A stretch of DNA of 64,000 nucleotides from Campylobacterota bacterium (GTDB lineage: Bacteria > Campylobacterota > Campylobacteria > Campylobacterales > Sulfurimonadaceae), in assembly GCA_014764025.1 (NCBI GenBank), contig JACXUD010000001.1, positions 10,643 through 74,642 on the forward strand, given 5' to 3'. Within the stretch, counting starts at the first letter, position 1; every line of letters starts with the position of its first letter. This document shows, one piece after another, positions 1-8,611 of the stretch. The notes under the pieces are model-generated. The model ran no database searches and had not been told where the DNA came from. It saw nothing but the letters and a program-made list of their open reading frames with translations. Both the position numbers and the translations under genes were made by a program.

Positions 1-839
1 TGTAGTGCTACGGTATTCTCTTGGAGTTTTGCGTCTGCTTCCTGAAGCTTCTCTACTACTTTCTCTTTTTTAGCCACAATCTTTTTGTGTGGGATCATTT
101 CAAGTTCGATGCCGTCTATTTCTTTCTCTAGCATAAGAAGTCTTGGAGATTTCTCCGCTTTCTCATAGATAGGTTTTTTGCTCGATTTGTGATCGCTTAG
201 GATTTTGACAAGCTCTCCCCCGAACTCTTCCTCGTACACAACATCAGTACCGCCAGTCAAAAGAATTCTAAGTGCGTTCTTTTCATCCCTTAGCATTTCT
301 TTTGGTACGTTCATTTTAAGAAAATACTCTACTGCGATAGGGTTGTTCTTTTTTTGTTGTGCCTGATACACTTTTACAAGCTGTTGCACCTCTTTGTAAA
401 GGTCTTGCTTACTGCACTCCTCTTTCTCTTTGTCTTTCATGCGGTTATAGTCATAGTCAATGTGAGCAATGGCTTCTCTAATTTGAAGTCCTACTCTTGG
501 GTAATACCCCGTTGCAATGTAATGTTTAGCAGCGTACTCTAGTGCTTTGTGATATGCTGATCCCACAATAAGCCCTCTGCTCAAACCAAAGAAAGGACGT
601 AAAAAACGTCTTACTGCATAATCTAAAGGGTTGGCATTTCCGCTAGAGAAAGAACTTCCTGAAATATATACAAGTGCATCGTCTTTCTTCTCTGTGATCA
701 TGTCGCAGATAACTCTTACTGCTGTTTTTTTTTCTTTGATCATTCTCTCTGCAATATCATTAACCAATGTTTCACGGTCAATAGAGGTAGCGTGTGTCTC
801 TTCTAATGACTGTGGGTTTTGTAAAACTATACTTGACAT
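1..839 (-). CDS. PD-(D/E)XK (RecB/Cas4-type) nuclease-family protein, C-terminus outside window
   Basis: Absent from the ORF track because its stop lies left of position 1. My translation of the reverse strand from ATG (complement of 837-839; AAGGAAA RBS, 4-nt spacer) stays open for 279 codons (MSSIVLQNPQSLEETHATSIDRETLVNDIAERMIKEKK...). It contains LLTGGTDVVYEEEFGGELVKILSDHKSSKKP, which matches the D...(D/E)xK nuclease core pattern. Confidence 0.5.
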   Translation of the reverse strand, partial: MSSIVLQNPQSLEETHATSIDRETLVNDIAERMIKEKKTAVRVICDMITEKKDDALVYISGSSFSSGNANPLDYAVRRFLRPFFGLSRGLIVGSAYHKALEYAAKHYIATGYYPRVGLQIREAIAHIDYDYNRMKDKEKEECSKQDLYKEVQQLVKVYQAQQKKNNPIAVEYFLKMNVPKEMLRDEKNALRILLTGGTDVVYEEEFGGELVKILSDHKSSKKPIYEKAEKSPRLLMLEKEIDGIELEMIPHKKIVAKKEKVVEKLQEADAKLQENTVAL

Positions 840-860
840 GATGTTTCCTTTTCTCAATAT

Positions 861-869
861 AGTATATCA
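861..869 (-). promoter_or_regulatory. extended -10 promoter element (TGATATACT on minus strand)
   Basis: The reverse complement of agtatatca is TGATATACT, about 20 nt upstream of the ATG at 839. The same TGATATANT element recurs upstream of other genes in this window. Confidence 0.35.
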
Positions 870-943
870 TATCATAATTATTTTATTAAATCAATAGTTT
901 TTTTATGACATTTTTCATATTTGTTGTTTTTTAATTGTATTTA

Positions 944-952
944 TGATATAAT
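944..952 (+). promoter_or_regulatory. extended -10 promoter element TGATATAAT
   Basis: Exact TGnTATAAT in an AT-rich intergenic region, about 100 nt upstream of the micro-ORF at 1057. Confidence 0.4.
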
Positions 953-1056
953 ATATTACATTAAAGAAAAGGAAGCTATAAGGATAGCGATGTTCCTGAT
1001 TTGATTTGGACGATCCCAAACTAAATAAAGAAAAATCTATAAAGGAGGTTGGTAGT

Positions 1057-1146
1057 ATGAAAAAAAAATACAGCACCCCAAAGCTGCATTGTTACGGTAA
1101 GCGGCCACAAAACCCGAAACCGATCATCATAAAAAGGACGGCATAA
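1057..1146 (+). CDS. 29-aa highly basic micro-ORF (MKKKYSTPKLHCYGKRPQNPKPIIIKRTA)
   Basis: ATG preceded by AAAGGAGG at 7-nt spacing and followed by a hairpin plus T-run. Too short for the ORF track. Coding status unproven. Confidence 0.3.
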   Translation: MKKKYSTPKLHCYGKRPQNPKPIIIKRTA

Positions 1147-1169
1147 CGTCTAAGCGGAGGGAGAAAGGC

Positions 1170-1192
1170 AAGGGTTTCCCTTAGTCTTTTTT
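1170..1192 (+). terminator. candidate intrinsic terminator after the micro-ORF
   Basis: AAGGG-ttt-CCCTT stem-loop followed by T6. An outer GGAGGG (1156-1161) / CCCTCC (1197-1202) pairing could extend the structure. Confidence 0.35.
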
Positions 1193-1319
1193 GTTACCCT
1201 CCCAACCTACAAAAACCACCTATTTTTCCATTTAAAACAAAATTTCTGCAAAAAACTTGATTTCTGTATAAATCTTTAGATAGCATTTTAAGAGAATTAA
1301 ATAATTAAAAGGAAATAGT

Positions 1320-2468
1320 ATGGAAGGGAATCAGATTTTCAATACCATCGAAGAGATCAAGGCCACACTAGAAGTCAATGAAAAAAGAGCTGTAGAGCTT
1401 CTTTCTAAAGAGTTAGTTCCTTGTATTACCACTGGTACAGAAAAAAGAACACGATACTACACAACTACAAATATGATCGGTCACACAAAAAAATATATAG
1501 AGATCAAAATGGGCGAAAAGGATATCCCCCACACCAATAGAGATATCTTCCTAAAAGAGCCTATTGACGAAATGATGGACGAGGCAATAACAGATCCCGC
1601 AGTAGTGATCACGGTAACGAATCAGAAAGGCGGTGTCAGCAAGACCACAAATACTGTTACTATTGCGACAGCTCTTGCTATGCTAGGTCAACGAGTTTTA
1701 GTAGTAGATTTAGACCCTCAAGCTCAATCCTCAACCTACTTCAATGACGATAGTTTTATAGGCCGTTCTATTATGCTGCTATTTAGAGAGTATGATATGA
1801 ATAAGGATAACATTACCAAAGAATTAGTTGAGAGCGTTATCCATACCGAAGAGGGTATTTCTATTAACGGTAAATTCTCTATAGATATCCTTCCTTCAGA
1901 GTTGAGACTAGGGAGAACTATGGAGGCTATCGCAAGAAACTTCGGAAGTCATAAGGCTCTTTCCTTGATACTTGATCAGGTCAAAAACGAATACGATTTT
2001 ATTATCATCGATACACCACCATCACCAGGACTTCCTCTTATTTCCAGTATGTACGCAACGGACAAAGTGGTACTTTCCGCAAAGCCCACCCAAAAGAGTT
2101 TAGAAGGGTTGGAAATGACCATCGAAGAGATCAAAGATTTTAATAGAGAAGTTGAAAAAGAAACCCAAATGGACGCTATTTTCATCAATGAGTTTAACCC
2201 GATCCTAAATCATCACCATAGATTACTTGAGGAAAGCGTAGGGCACTCAAGAAAAATCGGGATACCTGAAGAGAGAGAATTTGTCAGCAAGTTAGCTCCA
2301 ACCATTTTTGAGACTTCGCAAGAGGCAAAAGTGTCAATTCTTGACTATCTCGAAAAGCCAAAAGATACTCTAGCGGCATTTGATCCGTTCTTTAGATATG
2401 CAAGTTACCTGGTACTTGAAAGAGTAGAAAAGGCTGAAGCTGAAAAATCCATGAAAAAGGGAGCATAA
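1320..2468 (+). CDS. parA: ParA/SopA-type partition ATPase (type Ia, long N-terminal extension)
   Basis: Deviant Walker A VTNQKGGVSKTT, plus VVDLDPQ and IIIDTPPS. About 100 aa of N-terminal extension precedes the ATPase core. A ParB-like reading frame follows immediately. Confidence 0.9.
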   Translation: MEGNQIFNTIEEIKATLEVNEKRAVELLSKELVPCITTGTEKRTRYYTTTNMIGHTKKYIEIKMGEKDIPHTNRDIFLKEPIDEMMDEAITDPAVVITVTNQKGGVSKTTNTVTIATALAMLGQRVLVVDLDPQAQSSTYFNDDSFIGRSIMLLFREYDMNKDNITKELVESVIHTEEGISINGKFSIDILPSELRLGRTMEAIARNFGSHKALSLILDQVKNEYDFIIIDTPPSPGLPLISSMYATDKVVLSAKPTQKSLEGLEMTIEEIKDFNREVEKETQMDAIFINEFNPILNHHHRLLEESVGHSRKIGIPEEREFVSKLAPTIFETSQEAKVSILDYLEKPKDTLAAFDPFFRYASYLVLERVEKAEAEKSMKKGA

Positions 2469-2469
2469 G

Positions 2470-3264
2470 ATGACAAAGAAGCAACCTGAAACCGTTGAAG
2501 AGATACAAGCAATGATCACTAAACTAGAGGGAAGCAAAAGCCAAAAATCACTTATGGAGAAAAAGCGACTTGAGAGAAAACTTGCCACAATGACAAAAGG
2601 GAAAGAGGCATCCGGTGTTTTTTCTGCGGAGGAGGACAAGAAGAAGCTCCAACTTATCTATGTGGATATCGACAAAATAGACTTCCCTGAATTCAAAGAC
2701 AGATAGGACTTTCTAAGATCAGAGCTTTTATCTATGTTCCCGCAGAAAATTTTACGCTTAGGGATTTTAATATGGTGGTATTGCATGAGAATACCGAAAG
2801 GGAAGGTCTTAACAACTATGATCTTCTTCGTAATGTTTTGAACATCATCTGTATCGATCTTGGTGACGTAGGGGAAAGCGAGGCGGTAAGATATGCGAAT
2901 ATGGCCCTTAACTACCAAAAGGGAAACATTAAAAATGTAACAGATGAGGTAATAAATGCTTAGTATGCCTACTGAGCTATTGGTTGCACTTCAAGAGAAT
3001 AATATTACTTACTCTGCCGCACTGGAACTCAATAAAATAAAAGATGATGAGAAGCGTAATGCTCTACTGAAGCGATGTATAGATGAAGGAATGTCGGTCT
3101 CTGAACTTTCAAAAGAAGTGAAAGTGATCAACGGGAAGAAGCCAAAGGATACGGATGAGGTAAAAACGGTTTTCAAACAAATGGAAAAACGGTTTAAAAA
3201 ACTTGATCAAAAAAAGAAAAAAGAGTTTACTAAAGAGCTTAATGAACTTATGGAAAGATATTAG
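2470..3264 (+). pseudogene. parB: ParB-like gene split into three ORFs (2470-2706, 2772-2963, 2956-3264)
   Basis: ORF1 ends IDKIDFPEFKDR*. The middle frame (open from 2691) reads ...VVLHENTEREGLNNYDLL (ParB box ENxxRExL). ORF3 reads LSMPTELLVALQENNITYSAALEL (ParB helix-turn-helix (HTH) region). ORF1 and ORF3 share a frame and the middle ORF is displaced by 1 nt. No GxRR arginine patch is visible. Confidence 0.5.
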
Positions 3265-3405
3265 GAGTTTTGGAACTTCTTGATACTCCACCACATAAAT
3301 AAGGTGGATTCTTCTTCCACTAGGCAACCCTAGTATAATAGATGAGTCGATCAGTGTTTTTACAATGGTTTGTAGAGTGTATTTTTCTATGATGTGACTT
3401 TGGAA

Positions 3406-3441
3406 ATGCCAAATATGGTCAGCTTATTTGATTTTTGGCAT
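3406..3441. promoter_or_regulatory. 8-bp inverted repeat ATGCCAAA(n20)TTTGGCAT downstream of par genes
   Basis: Perfect 8-bp arms in the 280-bp gap after the parB remnants. A centromere or operator role is speculative. Confidence 0.2.
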
Positions 3442-3484
3442 AGTCAAAAAAATGTGCAAATTGACCAAAATCACTTGACATTGT

Positions 3485-3513
3485 TCGCAAAACGATCTAT
3501 AATTACTATATAT
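3485..3513 (+). promoter_or_regulatory. consensus sigma70-type promoter (TTGACA-17 nt-TATAAT)
   Basis: TTGACA at 3485-3490 and TATAAT at 3508-3513 with an exact 17-nt spacer, about 50 nt upstream of the ATG at 3563. Confidence 0.55.
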
Positions 3514-3562
3514 AAATTAATTAAACATCAACAAAAGGTCGAGTTTGTCTAAGGAGGACAAA

Positions 3563-3922
3563 ATGAGAAACATAACCCTCGGAATGGCTCTTTACCATAT
3601 CAACAAAGAGGCCAAAAAGGCACTGGAGGAATGGGGAGATAGAGAAAGGTCTAGTTTTTTATATAGTATAAAAAACGCAGTAATAAATAAATTAAACAAG
3701 AAACCAATTGATGCACACACTTTCCCAATGGGGGTAATGTATCTATATGAGATTGATGGGTTTACTTTCCATCATCGATATAGCAATGGCCATAACATAG
3801 AGCCAACCAAAAGCTTATCTTCAATATCAAGCGAAGATAAGCTATGCCTTTCTACAGAAGAAGTTAAAGAGGCATATAAGGTCATTAATGATTTTATTGG
3901 CTTCACAGTAATCGAATATTAA
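3563..3922 (+). CDS. hypothetical protein (~119 aa)
   Basis: The track ORF starts at TTG 3545. The ATG at 3563 has AAGGAGG 5 nt upstream and is the more likely start. No recognisable motif. Confidence 0.55.
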   Translation: MRNITLGMALYHINKEAKKALEEWGDRERSSFLYSIKNAVINKLNKKPIDAHTFPMGVMYLYEIDGFTFHHRYSNGHNIEPTKSLSSISSEDKLCLSTEEVKEAYKVINDFIGFTVIEY

Positions 3923-3942
3923 TTAATAAAAGGAGAGAAAAA

Positions 3943-4410
3943 ATGCACGATAACACACTTCTATTCATGCGAGTCGGGCTTAATCCGACGGCTTTACAAA
4001 TTTTATCTACTCTGATTGAGGGGAAAGAGCCATCCATAAGAGCTTGTCAATTGTGGTACAATGGGGAGAGGACACCAAAAAATGGGATAGTTGATATAGC
4101 CCATCGTCTTGATACCCACATGAGCGAGTACGCTCTACAGATTGTGCATGATTTACACGTCTCTGATAAAAAAGAAATATTGGTATGTAAGTTCAAAAAC
4201 GATGATGATCTATGGACTAACCATAGATCAATGTATGGGCTTAACAACAATGTCCACACTGCTCTCATTAATAGAATTATTGTGATCGGAACGGCGATGG
4301 GAATCGATGTACATACACAGACAAGTAGTGTTGAAGATGAAGATTACAATCACGAAGCTGACTGGAATAGTTGTGCCAATGTTTGGATAGACACGGGAAA
4401 AATTATCTAA
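3943..4410 (+). CDS. hypothetical protein (155 aa)
   Basis: Track ORF with GGAGAG upstream, tightly following the previous gene. No recognisable motif. Confidence 0.55.
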   Translation: MHDNTLLFMRVGLNPTALQILSTLIEGKEPSIRACQLWYNGERTPKNGIVDIAHRLDTHMSEYALQIVHDLHVSDKKEILVCKFKNDDDLWTNHRSMYGLNNNVHTALINRIIVIGTAMGIDVHTQTSSVEDEDYNHEADWNSCANVWIDTGKII

Positions 4411-4497
4411 TTCGGAACTAAAACCTAAAGAGTTTCGGATTTCCCACCTCCCACCCATTCTCTATGTTAAAATTTTTCAAAACTAGAGAGGAAGCTT

Positions 4498-6018
4498 ATG
4501 GAAAACCAAAAGGCAGTAGTGGTCATTCTTTATGGAGAGCCGGGTACTAGAAAAACCACAATCGTTAATGCCATAGGGTATGATGAAAGCGTATCTGCGA
4601 CCACTAGGGCCAAAAGGGAAGGGGAGGTGCATGGAAAGCACTATTTCTTCGTTGATAGAGAAACCTTCAATCCAAACGACTTCTATGAGTTCAAACAATT
4701 TCCAGATACAAACAATATGCTTCAGACCTACGGTACTCCAAAGCTCATGCTCCGTGATTATATTCTCAGAAAAGAGCCCATTTCGGTAGTATTGGAAGCT
4801 GAAGGTGTGGTTGAGGTAGAAAAGAAGCTCCGAGAAGAGTTCGGAGAAAATGTCATTATTGTAAAAGCTCATACAACGATCTCAAACAAGCAGACCATAA
4901 TAAACTCGTTGTTGGCAGAAGGTTATACTGAAGATGCAGCATGGGCAAGACTGAACAGAGGAGATGATGGGCAAAAGGTAAGATATCATAAACTAGACAT
5001 AAAGGCTGATTGCACTTTTGATGAATACACCGTTTCCCATATAGACGAAATAGAAGAGATCATAGGGATCAGAAGCAACTATAAAGACAGAGAAGCATTG
5101 GTGAGAGCCGTTGCACAATATGAAACACTGGATGAGTTTAAGAATGATTGCCTCTTTCATGGCTCAGGAGAACGCATAAAAGGCAAATTAAAGGGTAGTG
5201 GCTATGACGGTATGCTATGGACGGCAAAAACCCCTACCGTGGCTCAGAACTATATCGGCAGCCCTGGTACAGTGATCGCTTTTCGGAAGCCTTGCAGTTT
5301 TGAAGAGAAAATACCATTCAGTATTCTTGGATATAGGGATATGGCAATGGTGGATCTTGTTAGGCAAATGGGCTACGAACTGGATGTAACAAGGGGCAAA
5401 ACGGGAGTCGTGATTTCCTATACTGCCAAGAAGAATGGAGAGAATGCCTCATTGCCGACACACAAAGAGATCTATACCTACTTGACGGATGTGCTCGGAT
5501 ATCCAAAAGAAAATTCCTTGAGGGTTAAAATGAGATATGATGGGGAGAAGCTGAATTTTCTTCCAAGTGATTACAAAAAGAATGGTAAGCTCTTTGTATT
5601 CTTGGGAGCAAGTAATCTGAAGGTTGCGGATATCGCAAAAGCTGAAAGTGATCTCACGGAAGTAGAGTATCACCAAACCGGAAACTTTAAAACATTGGAA
5701 GAGAGAGGGTATGATGCAGTAAGAATCAATGATTTTGCCCAAAGTGAGAACTGGGGGAATGTGGGTCATGTGAGTTTGGGGTTGACGAGTCATGGTCTTG
5801 AGAAGATGCAAGGTAGCTGTTTTTGTATAGGTGCTAAGAATTTTGACTGGGGTGAAAACTCAATGTCTCTGCGTCAAACCAGTACGCCGGAGTTCTCGTT
5901 TGAAGAGATATTTGAGGAGTCGAGAGCTTATCGCAATCAAAAGGATATGGACCGGATCATAGGCATTCAAAGCGATGCTACAGTGGGTTTGCAACTGGGA
6001 AAAAGAAGAAGCATTTAA
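4498..6018 (+). CDS. guanylate-kinase-like P-loop domain fused to an uncharacterised ~320-aa C-terminal domain
   Basis: The N-terminus has YGEPGTRKTT (P-loop), SATTRAKREGEVHGKHYFFVDRETF and LQTYGTP, which together form the guanylate-kinase signature. The C-terminal part (from about aa 200) has LFHGSGERIKG...GMLWTAKTPTVAQNYIG and RGYDAVRINDF, with no family I can assign confidently. Confidence 0.7.
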   Translation: MENQKAVVVILYGEPGTRKTTIVNAIGYDESVSATTRAKREGEVHGKHYFFVDRETFNPNDFYEFKQFPDTNNMLQTYGTPKLMLRDYILRKEPISVVLEAEGVVEVEKKLREEFGENVIIVKAHTTISNKQTIINSLLAEGYTEDAAWARLNRGDDGQKVRYHKLDIKADCTFDEYTVSHIDEIEEIIGIRSNYKDREALVRAVAQYETLDEFKNDCLFHGSGERIKGKLKGSGYDGMLWTAKTPTVAQNYIGSPGTVIAFRKPCSFEEKIPFSILGYRDMAMVDLVRQMGYELDVTRGKTGVVISYTAKKNGENASLPTHKEIYTYLTDVLGYPKENSLRVKMRYDGEKLNFLPSDYKKNGKLFVFLGASNLKVADIAKAESDLTEVEYHQTGNFKTLEERGYDAVRINDFAQSENWGNVGHVSLGLTSHGLEKMQGSCFCIGAKNFDWGENSMSLRQTSTPEFSFEEIFEESRAYRNQKDMDRIIGIQSDATVGLQLGKRRSI

Positions 6019-6209
6019 AAAATAAAAAATTATCTCTCTATAGGTGGATAAGAGAAGATCGCAGACTGAGCGACTATGCGATACTGGCTCAGGTGCAAAA
6101 TCCTTTTCTTGCTGAATTCAGCGAAGATTTTGGAGTTCTTGAGATATACAGAGAGGAGAGCTTTAGAAACCCCGATAAAAACAAATAGCCTAGTGCCATA
6201 GCCCAAGCC

Positions 6210-7646
6210 TCATGGTTTGGCAGGAGCGATAGTGTTCTCTTGTGTAGGGGAACGCCCCTCATCCCCTATGATAAAAATTTCAGACATCTTCCCGTTGCGT
6301 CTTACATCGTTGAGATCTCCTCCTATTGCCGGATCCCAGTTAAGCACATCGGACTCAACACCCGCTTTTTTAAACTTCTGTTTCATCCCGTCTTGATAAT
6401 CGGTTTCTATCTCTAGGTTTTCTTCCCCAAGCTCCGATATTCTCTTGTGGTATGCTGCCATTCCGCTTTCGTTCCGTATAAACTCTTCTTTGTTCTTTGA
6501 TTTCTCTACGCTCAGTGTCACATATCCGTTGGCTGCTTTTTGTCCCGCTTTGTCTTGATCATAAGCAAGGATCACCTTGATACCTCTAAATAGACCCATT
6601 TGTTCTTGAGAAAGTCCGTGAGTACCTGGAATAGCAAAGCCCGGATTGGTAACCTTTTCATTGTTGCCAGTTATGGAGCATAGGTCCATACTACCTTCAG
6701 TAGCAAAAAGTGTCGTGTGTGTTCTAAGTGTTCGGTTGGTTACTCCAAACGGCAAAGGTTTGACCAATGCGGTATTTGAAATCTGAAGCTCCTTGACCCC
6801 ATCTGCTCTCATGGCTGAGGTTGGCTCCGTTGGCCGGAGCATGAATCCGGTTACTTCATTTACTGTATAGAGATCAAAAGACGGAATAAATAAAAATCCA
6901 CCCTCTCTGATATAATTGAACTTAAATGTCGGTAGTCCCAACTCTCGCTTGAGGAAACCATTGTCTATAAGGTCTTGCTCGAACAGTTCTTGCCTTGGTG
7001 TTCCTTTGCCAAAAAGTCCCCTAAAGGTTTTGAGCATTTCGCCCAGTGACTCTTGATCGAGATATCCAATGCTTTGAGCATAGATATTCTTTGGATCGAT
7101 CCCTCTCTTTTCTTCCAGGTACTTGTTCTTTTTTTTAAGCTGTTCGGGCTGTCTTGTGAACTGATAGATTAGAGTATATCCCACTTTGAGGCGTTGCTGA
7201 TCAGAGAGCTCGTCATAGATCTCTAAAGCCTTTCTCAGATCAATGGCTGTTGGTGTGCGGTCTTTGTCGAACACTAGGTATTCTACCTCTCTTGTGACTG
7301 GTGCGGTGTGAGCCGTAGATACAGTTGGAGTGTATGTTCTATTTGGGTCGGGGTAGATCCGAAAAGTATCGGCTAACCACCTTCCCGCTTCCAAAAACGA
7401 CATTCCCTTATAGTCCTCGACCAAAGTGAAGATATCCCTTGACTCACCACAATCAATGCAGCGACAACTCTTGTCGTCATCAAAAATATGTACCGTGGGC
7501 TGTTTTCTTTTTTTATGCTCAGTTATACATTCATACTTATCCCTCTGCATTGGGATACCAAGGGCATCCATTACGGCAGTGACCCCGATCTTCTCTTTAA
7601 GTTTTTCTTTATCGAAGGTTGGGGTGTATGACATCGTGTTCTCCAT
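6210..7646 (-). CDS. DnaG-type DNA primase (CHC2 zinc finger + Toprim)
   Basis: YECITEHKKRKQPTVHIFDDDKSCRCIDCGESRDIF matches the C-x2-H...C-x2-C zinc finger. LFATEGSMDL and VILAYDQDKAGQKAA match the Toprim E and DxD motifs. Confidence 0.8.
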   Translation of the reverse strand: MENTMSYTPTFDKEKLKEKIGVTAVMDALGIPMQRDKYECITEHKKRKQPTVHIFDDDKSCRCIDCGESRDIFTLVEDYKGMSFLEAGRWLADTFRIYPDPNRTYTPTVSTAHTAPVTREVEYLVFDKDRTPTAIDLRKALEIYDELSDQQRLKVGYTLIYQFTRQPEQLKKKNKYLEEKRGIDPKNIYAQSIGYLDQESLGEMLKTFRGLFGKGTPRQELFEQDLIDNGFLKRELGLPTFKFNYIREGGFLFIPSFDLYTVNEVTGFMLRPTEPTSAMRADGVKELQISNTALVKPLPFGVTNRTLRTHTTLFATEGSMDLCSITGNNEKVTNPGFAIPGTHGLSQEQMGLFRGIKVILAYDQDKAGQKAANGYVTLSVEKSKNKEEFIRNESGMAAYHKRISELGEENLEIETDYQDGMKQKFKKAGVESDVLNWDPAIGGDLNDVRRNGKMSEIFIIGDEGRSPTQENTIAPAKP

Positions 7647-7759
7647 AGAGCTAATTGATTACCAAATTATACAAATAAGTTAGCTCAGAATAAAGGAATC
7701 CGAAATTATTGAAGAAAATTTTAATTGACAAAATATTTTAATTATGATAATCTTGCAAT

Positions 7760-8611
7760 ATGAATAAGATCGAATCACTAATAAAAGACAAAATTGCATC
7801 ACTGAACGAGGAAATGCAAAAGAAGATGGAAATGTTTGTTGAAGGCCACTCTTTTGATGATATAGGAAAAGAGTTTGGACAGATGAGACAATATCCCTCT
7901 AAACAGATCTTAGCCGAGATCGATAGTATGTATAAGAAGATACCGGGTCTTAAAGAATATTGTGACAATTTGTTTGGAAAGGAAAGCGGTCATGTGCTCC
8001 TGGAAAAAGCTTCTAAAAACTATCATCGCATCTTGGGACGTATCGCAAGAGCTAACTACGGAAAATCTTTGGTGTGCGGGATGACGGCAAACAAAGAGGA
8101 TTCAATGGGCGAAGCTGCAAAAGAGCTTAGAGGGATCATTGAAGAGGATGGACTTCCTTTGGAGATCAATCCTGAAGGTATCGAGTCTCCGTCGATCAGC
8201 CGCATTGAATTCCTACTGGGCTGTGATAGCAAAAGCGAATGGGGTCTGTCCAAAGACAAGACCCAAGTGCTTGCAAACAAGAAACTCAGCCTTTTGGCAA
8301 ATATATGCAAGTGGGAAGTCAAGGAAGTCAAGAGTATTTGGGAGATATATGCTCTCTTGAAAGAAGAGCTCCCTGAATACATCGACGAGCAAGGCTTCGA
8401 TGTAGGGAAGAAATTTGTGCGTTACCTGGCTAGAAAAGGGTGGAACGTAAAAGACAAAAAGAACTGCAACTTGGTTAGGATCAGAAATGCCAAAGAGAAT
8501 AACGGGACACCTATCTATGAAGTGGAAGCACTAGATATTCCCGACATAGAAGAATACCTTCTGAAAACCAATAGCATTATTAGAGGAAACTATGGGGAAA
8601 GTAAGAAATAA
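7760..8611 (+). CDS. hypothetical protein (283 aa), possible N-terminal HTH
   Basis: Track ORF. MFVEGHSFDDIGKEFG resembles a sigma-r4/LuxR-type HTH, but only weakly. No RBS is visible before ATG 7760. Confidence 0.5.
   Translation: MNKIESLIKDKIASLNEEMQKKMEMFVEGHSFDDIGKEFGQMRQYPSKQILAEIDSMYKKIPGLKEYCDNLFGKESGHVLLEKASKNYHRILGRIARANYGKSLVCGMTANKEDSMGEAAKELRGIIEEDGLPLEINPEGIESPSISRIEFLLGCDSKSEWGLSKDKTQVLANKKLSLLANICKWEVKEVKSIWEIYALLKEELPEYIDEQGFDVGKKFVRYLARKGWNVKDKKNCNLVRIRNAKENNGTPIYEVEALDIPDIEEYLLKTNSIIRGNYGESKK

Noticed and set aside
1057-1146. The micro-ORF N-terminus Y-S-T-P-K-L-H-C-Y-G matches the YxxPxLxxxG pattern of lasso-peptide/RiPP leader peptides.
   Set aside because: The conserved Thr near the leader end is absent, the C-terminal part is simply basic, and no cyclase, RRE or radical-SAM genes occur in the window.
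6043-6051. DnaA-box-like TTATCCACC (reverse strand) as a hint of an origin of replication.
   Set aside because: It is a single copy with one mismatch, in a convergent terminator region, with no cluster of boxes or adjacent AT-rich unwinding repeats.
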